Assembly (NCBI GenBank): GCA_944383355.1
Contig: CALWPF010000005.1
Location: 4,124 to 68,123, forward strand
Direction: 5' to 3'
Length of the DNA stretch: 64,000 bases
Source of the DNA: an uncultured Clostridia bacterium
Lineage (GTDB): Bacteria > Bacillota > Clostridia > Christensenellales > UBA1242
The translations under genes were made by a program, and so were the position numbers. The notes under the pieces are model-generated. The model was not told the origin of the DNA. It worked only from the letters and a program-made list of their open reading frames with translations, and searched no databases. Shown here in pieces: positions 17,000 to 26,174 of the stretch (position 1 is the first letter of the stretch; every line of letters begins with the position of its first letter).

Positions 17000-18112
17000 T
17001 TATATGCTACGTGCGCTTTGTTCATTATTACTTGTAGATTGCAAATATTCGGGATAGCAAGAGTGCCAGTCTATTTTAGTTGTATCAAAATCCATATTTT
17101 CATCTGTAACGTCCTTAACATATTCATAAAACTCGTTACATTGAGAAACTGATGTAGGGTGGTTTAGAGACACTCTGGCTCCAAAAGATTGATATTTTGC
17201 ATTTACTAGATAACCTAGTCCAGCCATGGTTGTGAGTAAAACTTCTTCTTTTTTGTCTATTGGTGAGTTTAGATATTCGGTGATAATATCTTTGCATACA
17301 TCGGGTTGCATTGCTTTTTTGCATAGATCATGTGAGATTGATTGCAATAATGCTTCATTATTTATATCACCATTGTATAAATATGGATTACCGACACCTT
17401 TCAAAGTTTTTGCAAACTGTAATACTGGTTCCTCTAGTTCACCATAATAATCTAGCCTAGTTGGCAGTGCTCGTGTCCTATTGCTGCCACTTGTGCCATA
17501 CATATAGATATTACCGATGTAGTGTCTGTCACATCTTTTTTGCTTAGTTGCAGTATGATAAATTTCCTCAGCCATTTCCTGTACCACGTATTCTTCTATA
17601 CACAGGGTGCCATCAACAGCCAGTTGTCTAAAGGTTGTATCTTGCGAATTTATATTTTTATCTTTGGTTACAAAATCTACAAATGCCTTGTTGTCATTAA
17701 ATGCAAAGCCGTGGCCCAATTCGTGGTAGAGGTAAACTATAGTGCGTGCCTCACTGGTCAAATGCTTTGATGCAGGGATATCTGGATTATATTGTATAAT
17801 TTTCTTGTTGCCAGGTACAGTTGTGGTTATTCCATAGACATTTCTTTGTTCAATGGGCAATTCCTCTATGCTGACTATATCATTAATACAGTTGCATATG
17901 TGATTGAGATTTTTTTGATTGATGTAACCTAATTGTGTTGCTGTCACAAAGTACCACTCAATACAGTTAGTTAACTCATCTTTACTAAGTGTATTGTTCT
18001 TATTCCAAGTCTGAAATATCCTGTTTTCCAATTTGAATAGGGAGTCTTTTAACTGGGTAGGTAATGTGCCTAAATTTGCAATATCTTTTTTTAGGTTAAT
18101 GATTTCTGTCAT
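17000..18112 (-). CDS. Hypothetical cytoplasmic protein with HEXXH zinc-metallopeptidase motif (YHELGHGF)
   Basis: 370 aa with no signal peptide. It has HELGH plus a downstream acidic cluster (CIEEYVVQEMAEE) that could supply the third ligand. SD AAGGGGGGG. It has its own promoter and terminators on both sides. Confidence 0.55.
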   Translation of the reverse strand: MTEIINLKKDIANLGTLPTQLKDSLFKLENRIFQTWNKNNTLSKDELTNCIEWYFVTATQLGYINQKNLNHICNCINDIVSIEELPIEQRNVYGITTTVPGNKKIIQYNPDIPASKHLTSEARTIVYLYHELGHGFAFNDNKAFVDFVTKDKNINSQDTTFRQLAVDGTLCIEEYVVQEMAEEIYHTATKQKRCDRHYIGNIYMYGTSGSNRTRALPTRLDYYGELEEPVLQFAKTLKGVGNPYLYNGDINNEALLQSISHDLCKKAMQPDVCKDIITEYLNSPIDKKEEVLLTTMAGLGYLVNAKYQSFGARVSLNHPTSVSQCNEFYEYVKDVTDENMDFDTTKIDWHSCYPEYLQSTSNNEQSARSI

Positions 18113-18147
18113 GATCGTGACCCCCCCTTTCTTCTAACTATAATTTC

Positions 18148-18176
18148 ATTATATCACAATATGTTATCAAACACAA
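18148..18176 (-). promoter_or_regulatory. Promoter of the HEXXH gene (TTGTGT-17-TATAAT with TGn extended -10, minus strand)
   Basis: The reverse complement reads TTGTGT ttgataacatattgTGa TATAAT. Confidence 0.5.
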
Positions 18177-18186
18177 ATCAAAAACG

Positions 18187-18214
18187 AAAAAGGTATCTCC
18201 ATTGATACCTTTTT
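18187..18214 (-). terminator. Terminator of the acetyl-CoA synthetase gene
   Basis: AAAAAGGTATC tccatt GATACCTTTTT. T-runs lie on both sides. Confidence 0.75.
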
Positions 18215-18229
18215 GTACTTTTTGCATAA

Positions 18230-20344
18230 TTAGTCAGTTTGTATCACAATCCTAGCATCTACTACAAATACATTTCCGTTTGCATCTATCATTATAGGGT
18301 TTGCGTCCAATTCATTGATTTGATCAAAATCACTTACTAATTGACTTAATCTAAGTAGTATTTCAATAATTTTTTCTTGTTCTACTGCTTTGTTGCCTCG
18401 CAGATTCCCCATAATGTTTTTAGCCTTGGTTTTTTCTACTAATGCTTTTGCATCAGTGTATGAGAGTGGACATGGGCGGAAAGCTACTTCTTTTAGAGCC
18501 TCTATAAATATTCCACCTAGACCAAACATCATTTGATTACCATTTTCGCCTTTTTTGACAACTCCTGCGACTAATTCACGGTTGGAGCCTTGTACTTGCT
18601 GCATCACAACGATTCCTTCTATTTGTTCAAGCATGCCAGCTTTATTAAGTTTGGTCACAAGATTTTGCCAGTGATAAGCTAGCTCATCTTCGGATTTTAT
18701 ATTTACTATGACTCCGCCTACATCGGTTTTGTGCGTGATTTTTGTACTGCTGATTTTTAATACAACAGGGTAACCGCATTTGTTGGCAATATTCTTTGCG
18801 TCTGCGAGGTTTTGCGCTAATCCCCATGATACCGTAGGTAGTCCGTATGCGGTAAATACTTGTAAACTTTGTGCAACAGAAAGTGTGTGAATATTTTGTA
18901 AACTAGCTGATTCCAGTACTTCCTTTACTAGAGGTTTATTTACTTTGTAGGTTGGGGTAGTGATTTTTGTACTTTCTAGATAATCACGGCGTTGGCACAG
19001 TTTACTCAGTCCAGTAACAGCATCAACAACGAAATTAAATATAGGTATAGTACTATTAGGTAATTCTTGACTAATTCTTTCATCTAAATCTGGTGTCGTC
19101 ATATATACAGCTACGATAGGTTTATTATTGTATTTTGCTTTTAATTTTTCCAAGTTATCAAGCACAGGTAGATCATTTTTGCCAGTAATATATAGGTAGA
19201 TTACTAATAACATATCTACTTCGTCACTATTGAGTAAAATATCGGCACATTGTGCATAATGCTCAGTTGGTGCACTCGCTATCATATCTACAGGATTGCG
19301 CACACTAGCTTGAGGAGGTAATACATCTCTTAATTTTTGTTTTGTAGTTTCACTAAGTTGTGCTAGAGGAATTCCTACATCATTTGCGGTATCTGTTGCT
19401 AATATTCCAGGGCCTCCAGCATTAGTTAATATTGCTAGATTTTTACCTTTTGGTACTGGGCATTTGTCGAATACATGCGCAGCATTAAATAAATCTCTCA
19501 AGTAATATTCTCTTATTACACCACAACTAGCAAGTAGTCCCTCTGCCGTTGTGTCATCGCCAGCAAGAGCACCCGTATGCGAGGCGGTCGCCTTTGCCCC
19601 AGCACTACTGCGACCAGATTTTATCGCTAGTATTGGCTTTGTCTTGCTAACTCTTGAGGCTACTTCTCTAAACTTTTGTGGGTCTGGTATGCTCTCTAAA
19701 TATAATAATATTTGTGTAATATTATCATCTTTTTCCCAATACTCTAACACATCTAGAGCATTTATATCTGCTTGATTACCCAATGAAATTACTTGGCCTA
19801 GTCCAATGTGTAGAGTGGGTAGTAGGTTGATAATTCCACTAGCCAATGCGCCTGATTGCGTAGCGAATCCTATAGTCCCTCGCACTGGTTGTAATGGTGC
19901 AAATGATGCGTCTAGGCTTATATCATGATTTGAATTGATTATGCCAAGACAATTTGGGCCTATCATATTCATGCCATATTGGGTAACTTTGGCAAGTAAT
20001 TCTTTTTCTAGTTCTATACCTTGTCCACCTATTTCTTTGAAACCGCTAGATATTACTACAATATTTCTTACTCCTGCTTGGTTGCATTCGTCCACTACGC
20101 CAGATACAGCCTTAGCTGGAATAGCAATGACTGCTAAATCAATTGATTCTGGTATATTGTAAATATGCGGGTACGTAGGCAAACCTAAGATGCTTGTTTC
20201 AGTAGGGTGGACACCATACGCATTACCTTTGTAACCAAATTCTATTACTCTTCGCACTAATTCATTACCTACGCTACCAACTTTGTTGCTAGCGCCTATG
20301 ATTGCTATGGATTTTGGTTTCATTATATTGTCTAATTTACTCAT
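18230..20344 (-). CDS. Acetate--CoA ligase (ADP-forming), fused alpha/beta (CoA-binding + ATP-grasp) type
   Basis: 704 aa. It has the N-terminal PKSIAIIGASNKVGSVG CoA-binding fold, the phosphohistidine region ASHTGALAG, and a C-terminal ATP-grasp (YPVVLKISS..ITHKTDVGGV). Confidence 0.9.
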   Translation of the reverse strand: MSKLDNIMKPKSIAIIGASNKVGSVGNELVRRVIEFGYKGNAYGVHPTETSILGLPTYPHIYNIPESIDLAVIAIPAKAVSGVVDECNQAGVRNIVVISSGFKEIGGQGIELEKELLAKVTQYGMNMIGPNCLGIINSNHDISLDASFAPLQPVRGTIGFATQSGALASGIINLLPTLHIGLGQVISLGNQADINALDVLEYWEKDDNITQILLYLESIPDPQKFREVASRVSKTKPILAIKSGRSSAGAKATASHTGALAGDDTTAEGLLASCGVIREYYLRDLFNAAHVFDKCPVPKGKNLAILTNAGGPGILATDTANDVGIPLAQLSETTKQKLRDVLPPQASVRNPVDMIASAPTEHYAQCADILLNSDEVDMLLVIYLYITGKNDLPVLDNLEKLKAKYNNKPIVAVYMTTPDLDERISQELPNSTIPIFNFVVDAVTGLSKLCQRRDYLESTKITTPTYKVNKPLVKEVLESASLQNIHTLSVAQSLQVFTAYGLPTVSWGLAQNLADAKNIANKCGYPVVLKISSTKITHKTDVGGVIVNIKSEDELAYHWQNLVTKLNKAGMLEQIEGIVVMQQVQGSNRELVAGVVKKGENGNQMMFGLGGIFIEALKEVAFRPCPLSYTDAKALVEKTKAKNIMGNLRGNKAVEQEKIIEILLRLSQLVSDFDQINELDANPIMIDANGNVFVVDARIVIQTD

Positions 20345-20478
20345 AATTTGATAATTGTCTCCTTTTGTGCTAATTTACTCTATTCAAGAATTATTATAGT
20401 CAATTTTATATTTTTAGTCTAATGAATAGTTGTATTTTTTATGTAAAATTGCTATGCTAATAAAAAGTTGGAGGACAT

Positions 20479-21135
20479 ATGAAAATTATTAAATTTTTTA
20501 ATCCAGAAAGTTTAGGTAATAGTTATGCGGTAGTTTCAAATAAAAATTTTGTTTTAATTGATTGTAGCCAAACACCTGAAAGTGTTGCAGCACAGATCGG
20601 TGGGTTTAATATAGATAAAACCACTGTTGGTGGTGATAAGGCAAACAAAGATTGCTTAGTATGCAAGGGTATATTGATTACGCATGTACATTATGACCAT
20701 ATATGCGAGTTGGATAAATGGGCAAATTTAGGAGCGAGTGTGTATGCGACAAAAGAGATTTTTGAGAGTATGCGCACTGATGCTAACTTGTCCAATCTTT
20801 TTTCGAAAACTTGCGATATTCACGTGCCTATCGATCAAAGGGTTAACCTAGACGGTATGAAAGAGATAAGTATTGCAAATTTAAATTTCCAATTACTTTT
20901 ATTAAAAGGGCACAGTAAATCTGATATTTGTTATATTATAGGTGATCATATCTTTGTCGGTGATCTTATATTCTACGGTGGAGCATATGGTCGTTATGAT
21001 ATGTTTGGTGGGGATATAAAAGAATTGCAAAAAAGCCTAGATCGTCTAAACACATTACCAAACAATTTTATTGTACATTCAGGGCATGATAAAGACTTTG
21101 AATTAGGGCAGTTTAAACCATACCTAGTATGTTAA
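20479..21135 (+). CDS. MBL-fold metallo-hydrolase
   Basis: The THVHYDH motif is present (HxHxDH). SD GGAGGA. Confidence 0.8.
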   Translation: MKIIKFFNPESLGNSYAVVSNKNFVLIDCSQTPESVAAQIGGFNIDKTTVGGDKANKDCLVCKGILITHVHYDHICELDKWANLGASVYATKEIFESMRTDANLSNLFSKTCDIHVPIDQRVNLDGMKEISIANLNFQLLLLKGHSKSDICYIIGDHIFVGDLIFYGGAYGRYDMFGGDIKELQKSLDRLNTLPNNFIVHSGHDKDFELGQFKPYLVC

Positions 21136-21225
21136 TATTTGTGCGTAATACCGTGAATAGTGTGTATTTTTTATAGAAATATATTATTAAACACATAATT
21201 TGTGCATAATATTACCTAAAAATAT

Positions 21226-21251
21226 AAAAGTGCATAGTACTATGCACTTTT
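21226..21251. repeat. Perfect 26-bp palindrome AAAAGTGCATAGTACTATGCACTTTT (full copy of the recurrent motif), a likely bidirectional terminator
   Basis: It is self-complementary over its whole length. It lies between convergent genes (the MBL hydrolase and the 977-aa ORF) and has A and T tracts on its flanks. Confidence 0.85.
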
Positions 21252-21300
21252 ATCAAGCCTTTAGGCGTATTTATTCTAAGTTATAATCTTAAAATGAACA

Positions 21301-24234
21301 CTATCTCCTTAGCGGAGTGTTTCCAGACGAATTTGTTGATGTTGAATTTGTTTCTTTTAACGAATTCCACTCTTGATCTGATGCAGGAGCATCTGGACCA
21401 GCATCAAATTTTATACCTTGTTCTTGCTCATATGCTTCCTCAGCAGATTGTGGTGATGAAATTATGTATATATCACCGTCATCGTATGGGTAATATGAGG
21501 TATTTTCATCAATCTTTATGCCTTCGTCTGGTATTTCGTCATATTGTCCTTTTCTCTCAAACTCATGTCTATTAGTAGTAGGTTGCATTGCTTCTGTAGT
21601 GTTTTTTGATGAAACTCTAGCATAGTTCGTACTTGGTACTGTTGTGCTAGGGTGAACTCTTTTCATTTTACTTGCCAATGCATCTCTTTGTTTTTGTATA
21701 TCATCATCAACTATTGCTCTAGGTGCAGGCGCTGAATCTTTTGGATTACTGGTAACTTCTCCTGCGGTAGTAAATACGTTTGGTTCGTGAGTGCCAAAAC
21801 CAAAAAGTGTTTGAGGTTTAAGTACTCTTATTGGTTCTTTTAGAGTATACCTATTCAAGTTTTTACTTTCCTCATATTCCTCTTTTATTAAATTTTTTAT
21901 ACCTACACTTATGGTTTTTATTCTATCAAAGTATCCTCTTTTTGTTACTGGTTCTGTTGTTTCACTACTTGCATGCCTACTTTTTGGTCGCTCAATCATA
22001 ACAGGCTCAGGTGTAGGAGTAGGTTGGGCTTTAAATAGATTTTTGATTGTATTCCTATCAATGTGGAGTTTGACCTCTTTTATGCCTTTAAAGTTGGGTA
22101 GATGTATATCCAATTCTTTTAATTGTTTTAATCCTCTTGACAATTTCCCAGCCAATATTGATGAGTGTTGTGGTTTTATTGCTTCGTCTGGGGTGGCTAT
22201 AACAGGCTCTGGGGTATTAACAACTGGAGTTTCTGGCTTGGTGGCTTTTTCTGGTTTTACAATATCAATTGGATTTTCTGTTAATTTCTTGATGATTTCT
22301 TGGTACTCACGCCTTGCTTCTTCTTTTGTCATTTCTGGATTAATACCCATTTGTGTTCGATATTTTTCATTCAAGTTCATAGCTAACTCTGTTAGTTTTT
22401 TGTGTCTATGTGATGATACTTGGCGTCTCAATGCTAGTACGGCAAATGTCGAAAGAGCCCCTACACCATAAAACCAATTCCCATGAGATGCCTGTGCTGC
22501 GATCATATTATTGGTTTCTTCAGATGCCTGACTTATTACAGAAGACAATAAACTACTGTCGTTGACTACATTGTCTATATCAAAGTTGTTTTGGCGCAAA
22601 TTATCCCATATCTGTGTGCTCACTATGTCCTGCAATAATGATTGACTATCAGTGGCAGACAGTTGACTCATAGCACTAAAATCGATACCATCTGGAGTGA
22701 TGAGTTCGATATCATATTTTTGTTCCAGAGCTCCAATTATACTAAAATACTCACTATCTTGAGATAGATTCACAAAATTGTTATAGGCAATAGGATCAAT
22801 TCGATTTACATATTGATAAAAATCAAAATTGTCATAATAATTTGAGCCTATATTTCTAGCAATTTGCAATAATGCAACTTTGTCGAGTAGGCTAGTATCA
22901 CCAGTTGCTTGTAGGTATTCACCTAAATTGTGACCCATCAAACTTTCTATACCATAATTTTGTTGTATTTGTTCTGTAACTAGGCTAATTTTTGTGCCAT
23001 AACTGGCGCTTGCATATCTTTCTGCGTCTACACCCAATTCCTGGCTGAGCCTATCCAGTATAGCCTCAGCGTTTTCTCTATTGTTTAGCTCAGCATTGAG
23101 TATCATTTCTTTATTTTGTAGATATGTATAATCTACATAATCTGTCCACATTGAGTTCGCTACATTTTCGTTGGTTTTGCCTGCCATTATGCTTAAATAC
23201 TGTTCGTCAGTGATATTACCATCTGCGGAGTATTTTTCATTTCGAGTTGTGAGTGCAAATTGCTCAATTCGAACATCATTATTGACACTTGCAATATACT
23301 CAGATAGAGCAGTATCATCAATTAGTGCACTAAAATCATATCCACTATCTCTCAAAGATGCATAGGTAAGTAGGTCATTGCAAATATCTGTATAAACCAT
23401 TCTGTCTTCTTCGGTAGTGGTAGGAGATATTATCAACTGTGTGATGTTTTCTAGGACTTTGTCTATGTCGTTTTCGTCTCCAATCCATTCTTGCCATTTG
23501 CTTTTTAGCGAGTTATATACAAATGTTTCGAGCACTTCTGGGTTGTTCATTAGGCTTGCTTGAATATTCTCAGCCTCCTGTTGCACTAGATTGGAGTAAT
23601 AACTCTTAGCAAAGAAAGGCGCTACCAATCCACATGCCAGTAGGGTGCCTGCGATTTCTTTTTTTGAAGTGTGTGGCTCATACTCATCTTCCAAGAATGT
23701 AGAAAAGTCAATATGCATAGCTTTACATTTTTTAAAGCAATTGTAATCGCTCAAAGCATCTTTGTACAACGCTGTTGTAGGTGTTATGATTTTGGGTAAT
23801 TTTCCGGTTTTTGCATACTGTGCTTTTTGCTCATTAGTCATTTTGGCAATAATTTCCTCTCTACTGCATGCCTCCAGCACACTCAAAAAAGCTACCCAGT
23901 CTTCTTCGGTCTGTAACTCGTTTTTACCAGAGAATCTCATGTAATGCTCTCTTAGTTGATCCATTACTTCCACTTCATCTGGATTGTTGGGGTCTGCAAT
24001 AGGTGCTTTATTGGGTTGATACACAGTTCTTCCCAGATTTATCCTATTAACTATATTGGAAACAAAAGTGCGCAGGTCACTTTGCTGGTCGGTAGGAGTA
24101 CTCACGAATAGACTTTTGGTAAATTGGTAAGTATCTTTTGCTACATCTCTCGCTTCTCCAATTAATCTAATACCAACACTTTGTAATTGTTGTCTTATCC
24201 AAAATGATTTTGCGTTATTAATCTTACCTCTCAT
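21301..24234 (-). CDS. Large orphan protein (977 aa): ~590-aa N-terminal domain, one central TM helix, ~370-aa Pro/Thr/Lys-rich disordered tail
   Basis: It is a long intact ORF with SD GAGGAG and its own promoter. The TM segment WFYGVGALSTFAVLAL is followed by RRQVSSHRHKK. I recognised no family motif. Confidence 0.7.
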   Translation of the reverse strand: MRGKINNAKSFWIRQQLQSVGIRLIGEARDVAKDTYQFTKSLFVSTPTDQQSDLRTFVSNIVNRINLGRTVYQPNKAPIADPNNPDEVEVMDQLREHYMRFSGKNELQTEEDWVAFLSVLEACSREEIIAKMTNEQKAQYAKTGKLPKIITPTTALYKDALSDYNCFKKCKAMHIDFSTFLEDEYEPHTSKKEIAGTLLACGLVAPFFAKSYYSNLVQQEAENIQASLMNNPEVLETFVYNSLKSKWQEWIGDENDIDKVLENITQLIISPTTTEEDRMVYTDICNDLLTYASLRDSGYDFSALIDDTALSEYIASVNNDVRIEQFALTTRNEKYSADGNITDEQYLSIMAGKTNENVANSMWTDYVDYTYLQNKEMILNAELNNRENAEAILDRLSQELGVDAERYASASYGTKISLVTEQIQQNYGIESLMGHNLGEYLQATGDTSLLDKVALLQIARNIGSNYYDNFDFYQYVNRIDPIAYNNFVNLSQDSEYFSIIGALEQKYDIELITPDGIDFSAMSQLSATDSQSLLQDIVSTQIWDNLRQNNFDIDNVVNDSSLLSSVISQASEETNNMIAAQASHGNWFYGVGALSTFAVLALRRQVSSHRHKKLTELAMNLNEKYRTQMGINPEMTKEEARREYQEIIKKLTENPIDIVKPEKATKPETPVVNTPEPVIATPDEAIKPQHSSILAGKLSRGLKQLKELDIHLPNFKGIKEVKLHIDRNTIKNLFKAQPTPTPEPVMIERPKSRHASSETTEPVTKRGYFDRIKTISVGIKNLIKEEYEESKNLNRYTLKEPIRVLKPQTLFGFGTHEPNVFTTAGEVTSNPKDSAPAPRAIVDDDIQKQRDALASKMKRVHPSTTVPSTNYARVSSKNTTEAMQPTTNRHEFERKGQYDEIPDEGIKIDENTSYYPYDDGDIYIISSPQSAEEAYEQEQGIKFDAGPDAPASDQEWNSLKETNSTSTNSSGNTPLRR

Positions 24235-24306
24235 ATTTTTCTCCTCAAAATCGTAATTGTTATTAGTTAATTAAATCAAATTTAATAAACTACTATCTTA
24301 CTGTTT

Positions 24307-24335
24307 ATTATACCATAAAAACCTAATATAATCAA
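24307..24335 (-). promoter_or_regulatory. Sigma-A promoter of the 977-aa gene (TTGATT-17-TATAAT, minus strand)
   Basis: The reverse complement reads TTGATT atattaggtttttatgg TATAAT. Confidence 0.6.
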
Positions 24336-24356
24336 TGTTCATACTGAAATTAACTA

Positions 24357-24394
24357 TAAAAAAACCTGCAATTTTAAGCTTTTTGCAGGTTTTT
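24357..24394 (-). terminator. Terminator closing the ychF / 161-aa transcription unit
   Basis: AAAAAAACCTGCA ... TGCAGGTTTTT. On the minus strand the hairpin is followed by TTTTTTT. Confidence 0.75.
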
Positions 24395-24401
24395 GCTGAG
24401 T

Positions 24402-24887
24402 TTATAACCCAAGTGATGTATTTAATTGAGTTTCTTCGCTTGTTTCTGCCTTTTGCGAAACTTGGTCAACAACTTTTACACAACCGTCTAGCAGAGATGT
24501 TCCTACCTCTTTCCCAAGGACTTCTGTGGTCGCATTAATCTTTACATACTCATTTGGCTTGCCGTCCTCTGTCATCTGTGCGTCTATCTGATCTTTCCCT
24601 TGAGATATGATTACTGGCATTTTCTTTTGCATTATAATAGCATATTCTTCTAGTTTATCACTAGCAGTGTGTGGGTCTTTCATAATTGTTGCCACCACCT
24701 GACTCGCTACATAACCTAATTTTTCTACCAGCATAGTTTTTACCTGGTTATAGCCATCACTACTTTCATCATATATAAAATTATTTTGGATATTTTTTGA
24801 GCCTTCGATACTCTGATTCATTTTTGTAGAGTCTATCATTATTCCAAAAAGTTTATTAATAGTATTGATTAGTTGTGTTTTGTTCAT
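24402..24887 (-). CDS. Hypothetical protein (161 aa) co-transcribed with ychF
   Basis: SD AGGAGG. It starts 9 nt after the ychF stop. I recognised no motif. Confidence 0.6.
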   Translation of the reverse strand: MNKTQLINTINKLFGIMIDSTKMNQSIEGSKNIQNNFIYDESSDGYNQVKTMLVEKLGYVASQVVATIMKDPHTASDKLEEYAIIMQKKMPVIISQGKDQIDAQMTEDGKPNEYVKINATTEVLGKEVGTSLLDGCVKVVDQVSQKAETSEETQLNTSLGL

Positions 24888-24896
24888 ATTTTCCTC

Positions 24897-25988
24897 CTAG
24901 ACATTGAATCGAAAGAGCATTACATCACCATCTTGTACTTCATAATCTTTGCCTTCCATTCTTACTTTGCCTTGTTCTTTTGCATTATTGAAACTTCCAC
25001 AGTTTACCAAATTATCATAGCTTACGACCTCTGCTTTTATAAAGCCTTTTTCAAAATCTGTATGTATTACACCAGCAGCGGCAGGTGCCAGAGTGCCTTT
25101 TTTGATAGTCCATGCTCTGCATTCTTTTTCACCAGCCGTTAGATAACTGATTAGTCCCAATAATTTGTAACTGGCTTTAATGAGTTTATTTAGTCCCAGT
25201 TCCTTTATGCCAAATTCACGCATATACTCCTCTACATCTTGTGGGGGTAGTGTGGATAGTTCTGCCTCGATGTCTGCGCAAAGTGTGATGACTTCGGCAT
25301 TTTCTTTTTTTGCTATATCTTTTACTGTTTGCACATTGATATCTTGTGAGTTATCCAATTGGTTAGGTGATACATTTGCAACAAAAATTACAGGTTTAGA
25401 TGTAATCATAAAGGCTTCTTCCAGATATTTTTTCTGTTCTCTATCCAATGGGGCAGTTCGTGCTGGTAGACCTTTTTCTAGGTGGTCTTTTATTATTTCA
25501 TATGTTTCTAGTTTCTTTCGTGCTATTTTATCTCCACCATTAGCTTGGCGAGCTAATTTGGCTATCTGTTTTTCTAGTGACTCTAGGTCGGCTAGTGTTA
25601 ACTCAATGTTTATGGTCTCGATATCTCTTGCGGGATTGATGTTACCATCAACATGAATGATGTTATCATTAGTAAAACATCTAACGACATGTAGTATAGC
25701 ATCTACCTCTCTAATGTGACTCAAAAATTTGTTGCCTAGTCCCTCGCCTTGACTGGCACCTTTAACCAATCCTGCAATATCTACAAATTCTATTGTAGCA
25801 GGGGTTATTTTTTGTGTATTATATAGTTTGCCCAAAACATTTAATCGCTCGTCGGGTACATTTACCATACCCACATTAGGCTCGATTGTGCAAAATGGAT
25901 AATTAGCCGATTCTGCGCCAGCATGCGTCAATGCATTAAAAAGTGTGCTTTTGCCTACATTGGGTAGACCAATAACTCCTAGTTTCAT
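24897..25988 (-). CDS. ychF: Ribosome-binding ATPase YchF (Obg-like)
   Basis: It has [15 protein letters not shown], the TGS-like C-terminus and [11 protein letters not shown]. Confidence 0.95.
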   Translation of the reverse strand: MKLGVIGLPNVGKSTLFNALTHAGAESANYPFCTIEPNVGMVNVPDERLNVLGKLYNTQKITPATIEFVDIAGLVKGASQGEGLGNKFLSHIREVDAILHVVRCFTNDNIIHVDGNINPARDIETINIELTLADLESLEKQIAKLARQANGGDKIARKKLETYEIIKDHLEKGLPARTAPLDREQKKYLEEAFMITSKPVIFVANVSPNQLDNSQDINVQTVKDIAKKENAEVITLCADIEAELSTLPPQDVEEYMREFGIKELGLNKLIKASYKLLGLISYLTAGEKECRAWTIKKGTLAPAAAGVIHTDFEKGFIKAEVVSYDNLVNCGSFNNAKEQGKVRMEGKDYEVQDGDVMLFRFNV

Positions 25989-26110
25989 AATTAACTCTTT
26001 ACTCCTTACAAATAAAAATTATAGATTACATTTGTTTTTTTGTAAAGCAAAATAACATCGTTTGATTTTTTGATTTTTTGCACAATGCTCAAGCAAAGTT
26101 ATCAAATCGT

Positions 26111-26139
26111 TTGTAAATTTTCGTTTATTTAGTTATAAT
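26111..26139 (+). promoter_or_regulatory. Sigma-A promoter of the Ca-ATPase gene (TTGTAA-17-TATAAT)
   Basis: Read directly. SD AGGAGG at 26163 lies 6 nt before the TTG start. Confidence 0.55.
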
Positions 26140-26174
26140 AACTTTGTTGATGTACGCATGTTAGGAGGTCTCTT

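Noticed and set aside
21911-22471. Several long antisense ORFs occur: 21911..22471 (+), and likewise 25180..25656 (+), 43328..43786 (-), 59713..60126 (+) and 61306..61779 (-).
   Set aside because: Each lies antisense within a longer, better-supported gene and lacks RBS and motifs. I treated them as shadow ORFs.
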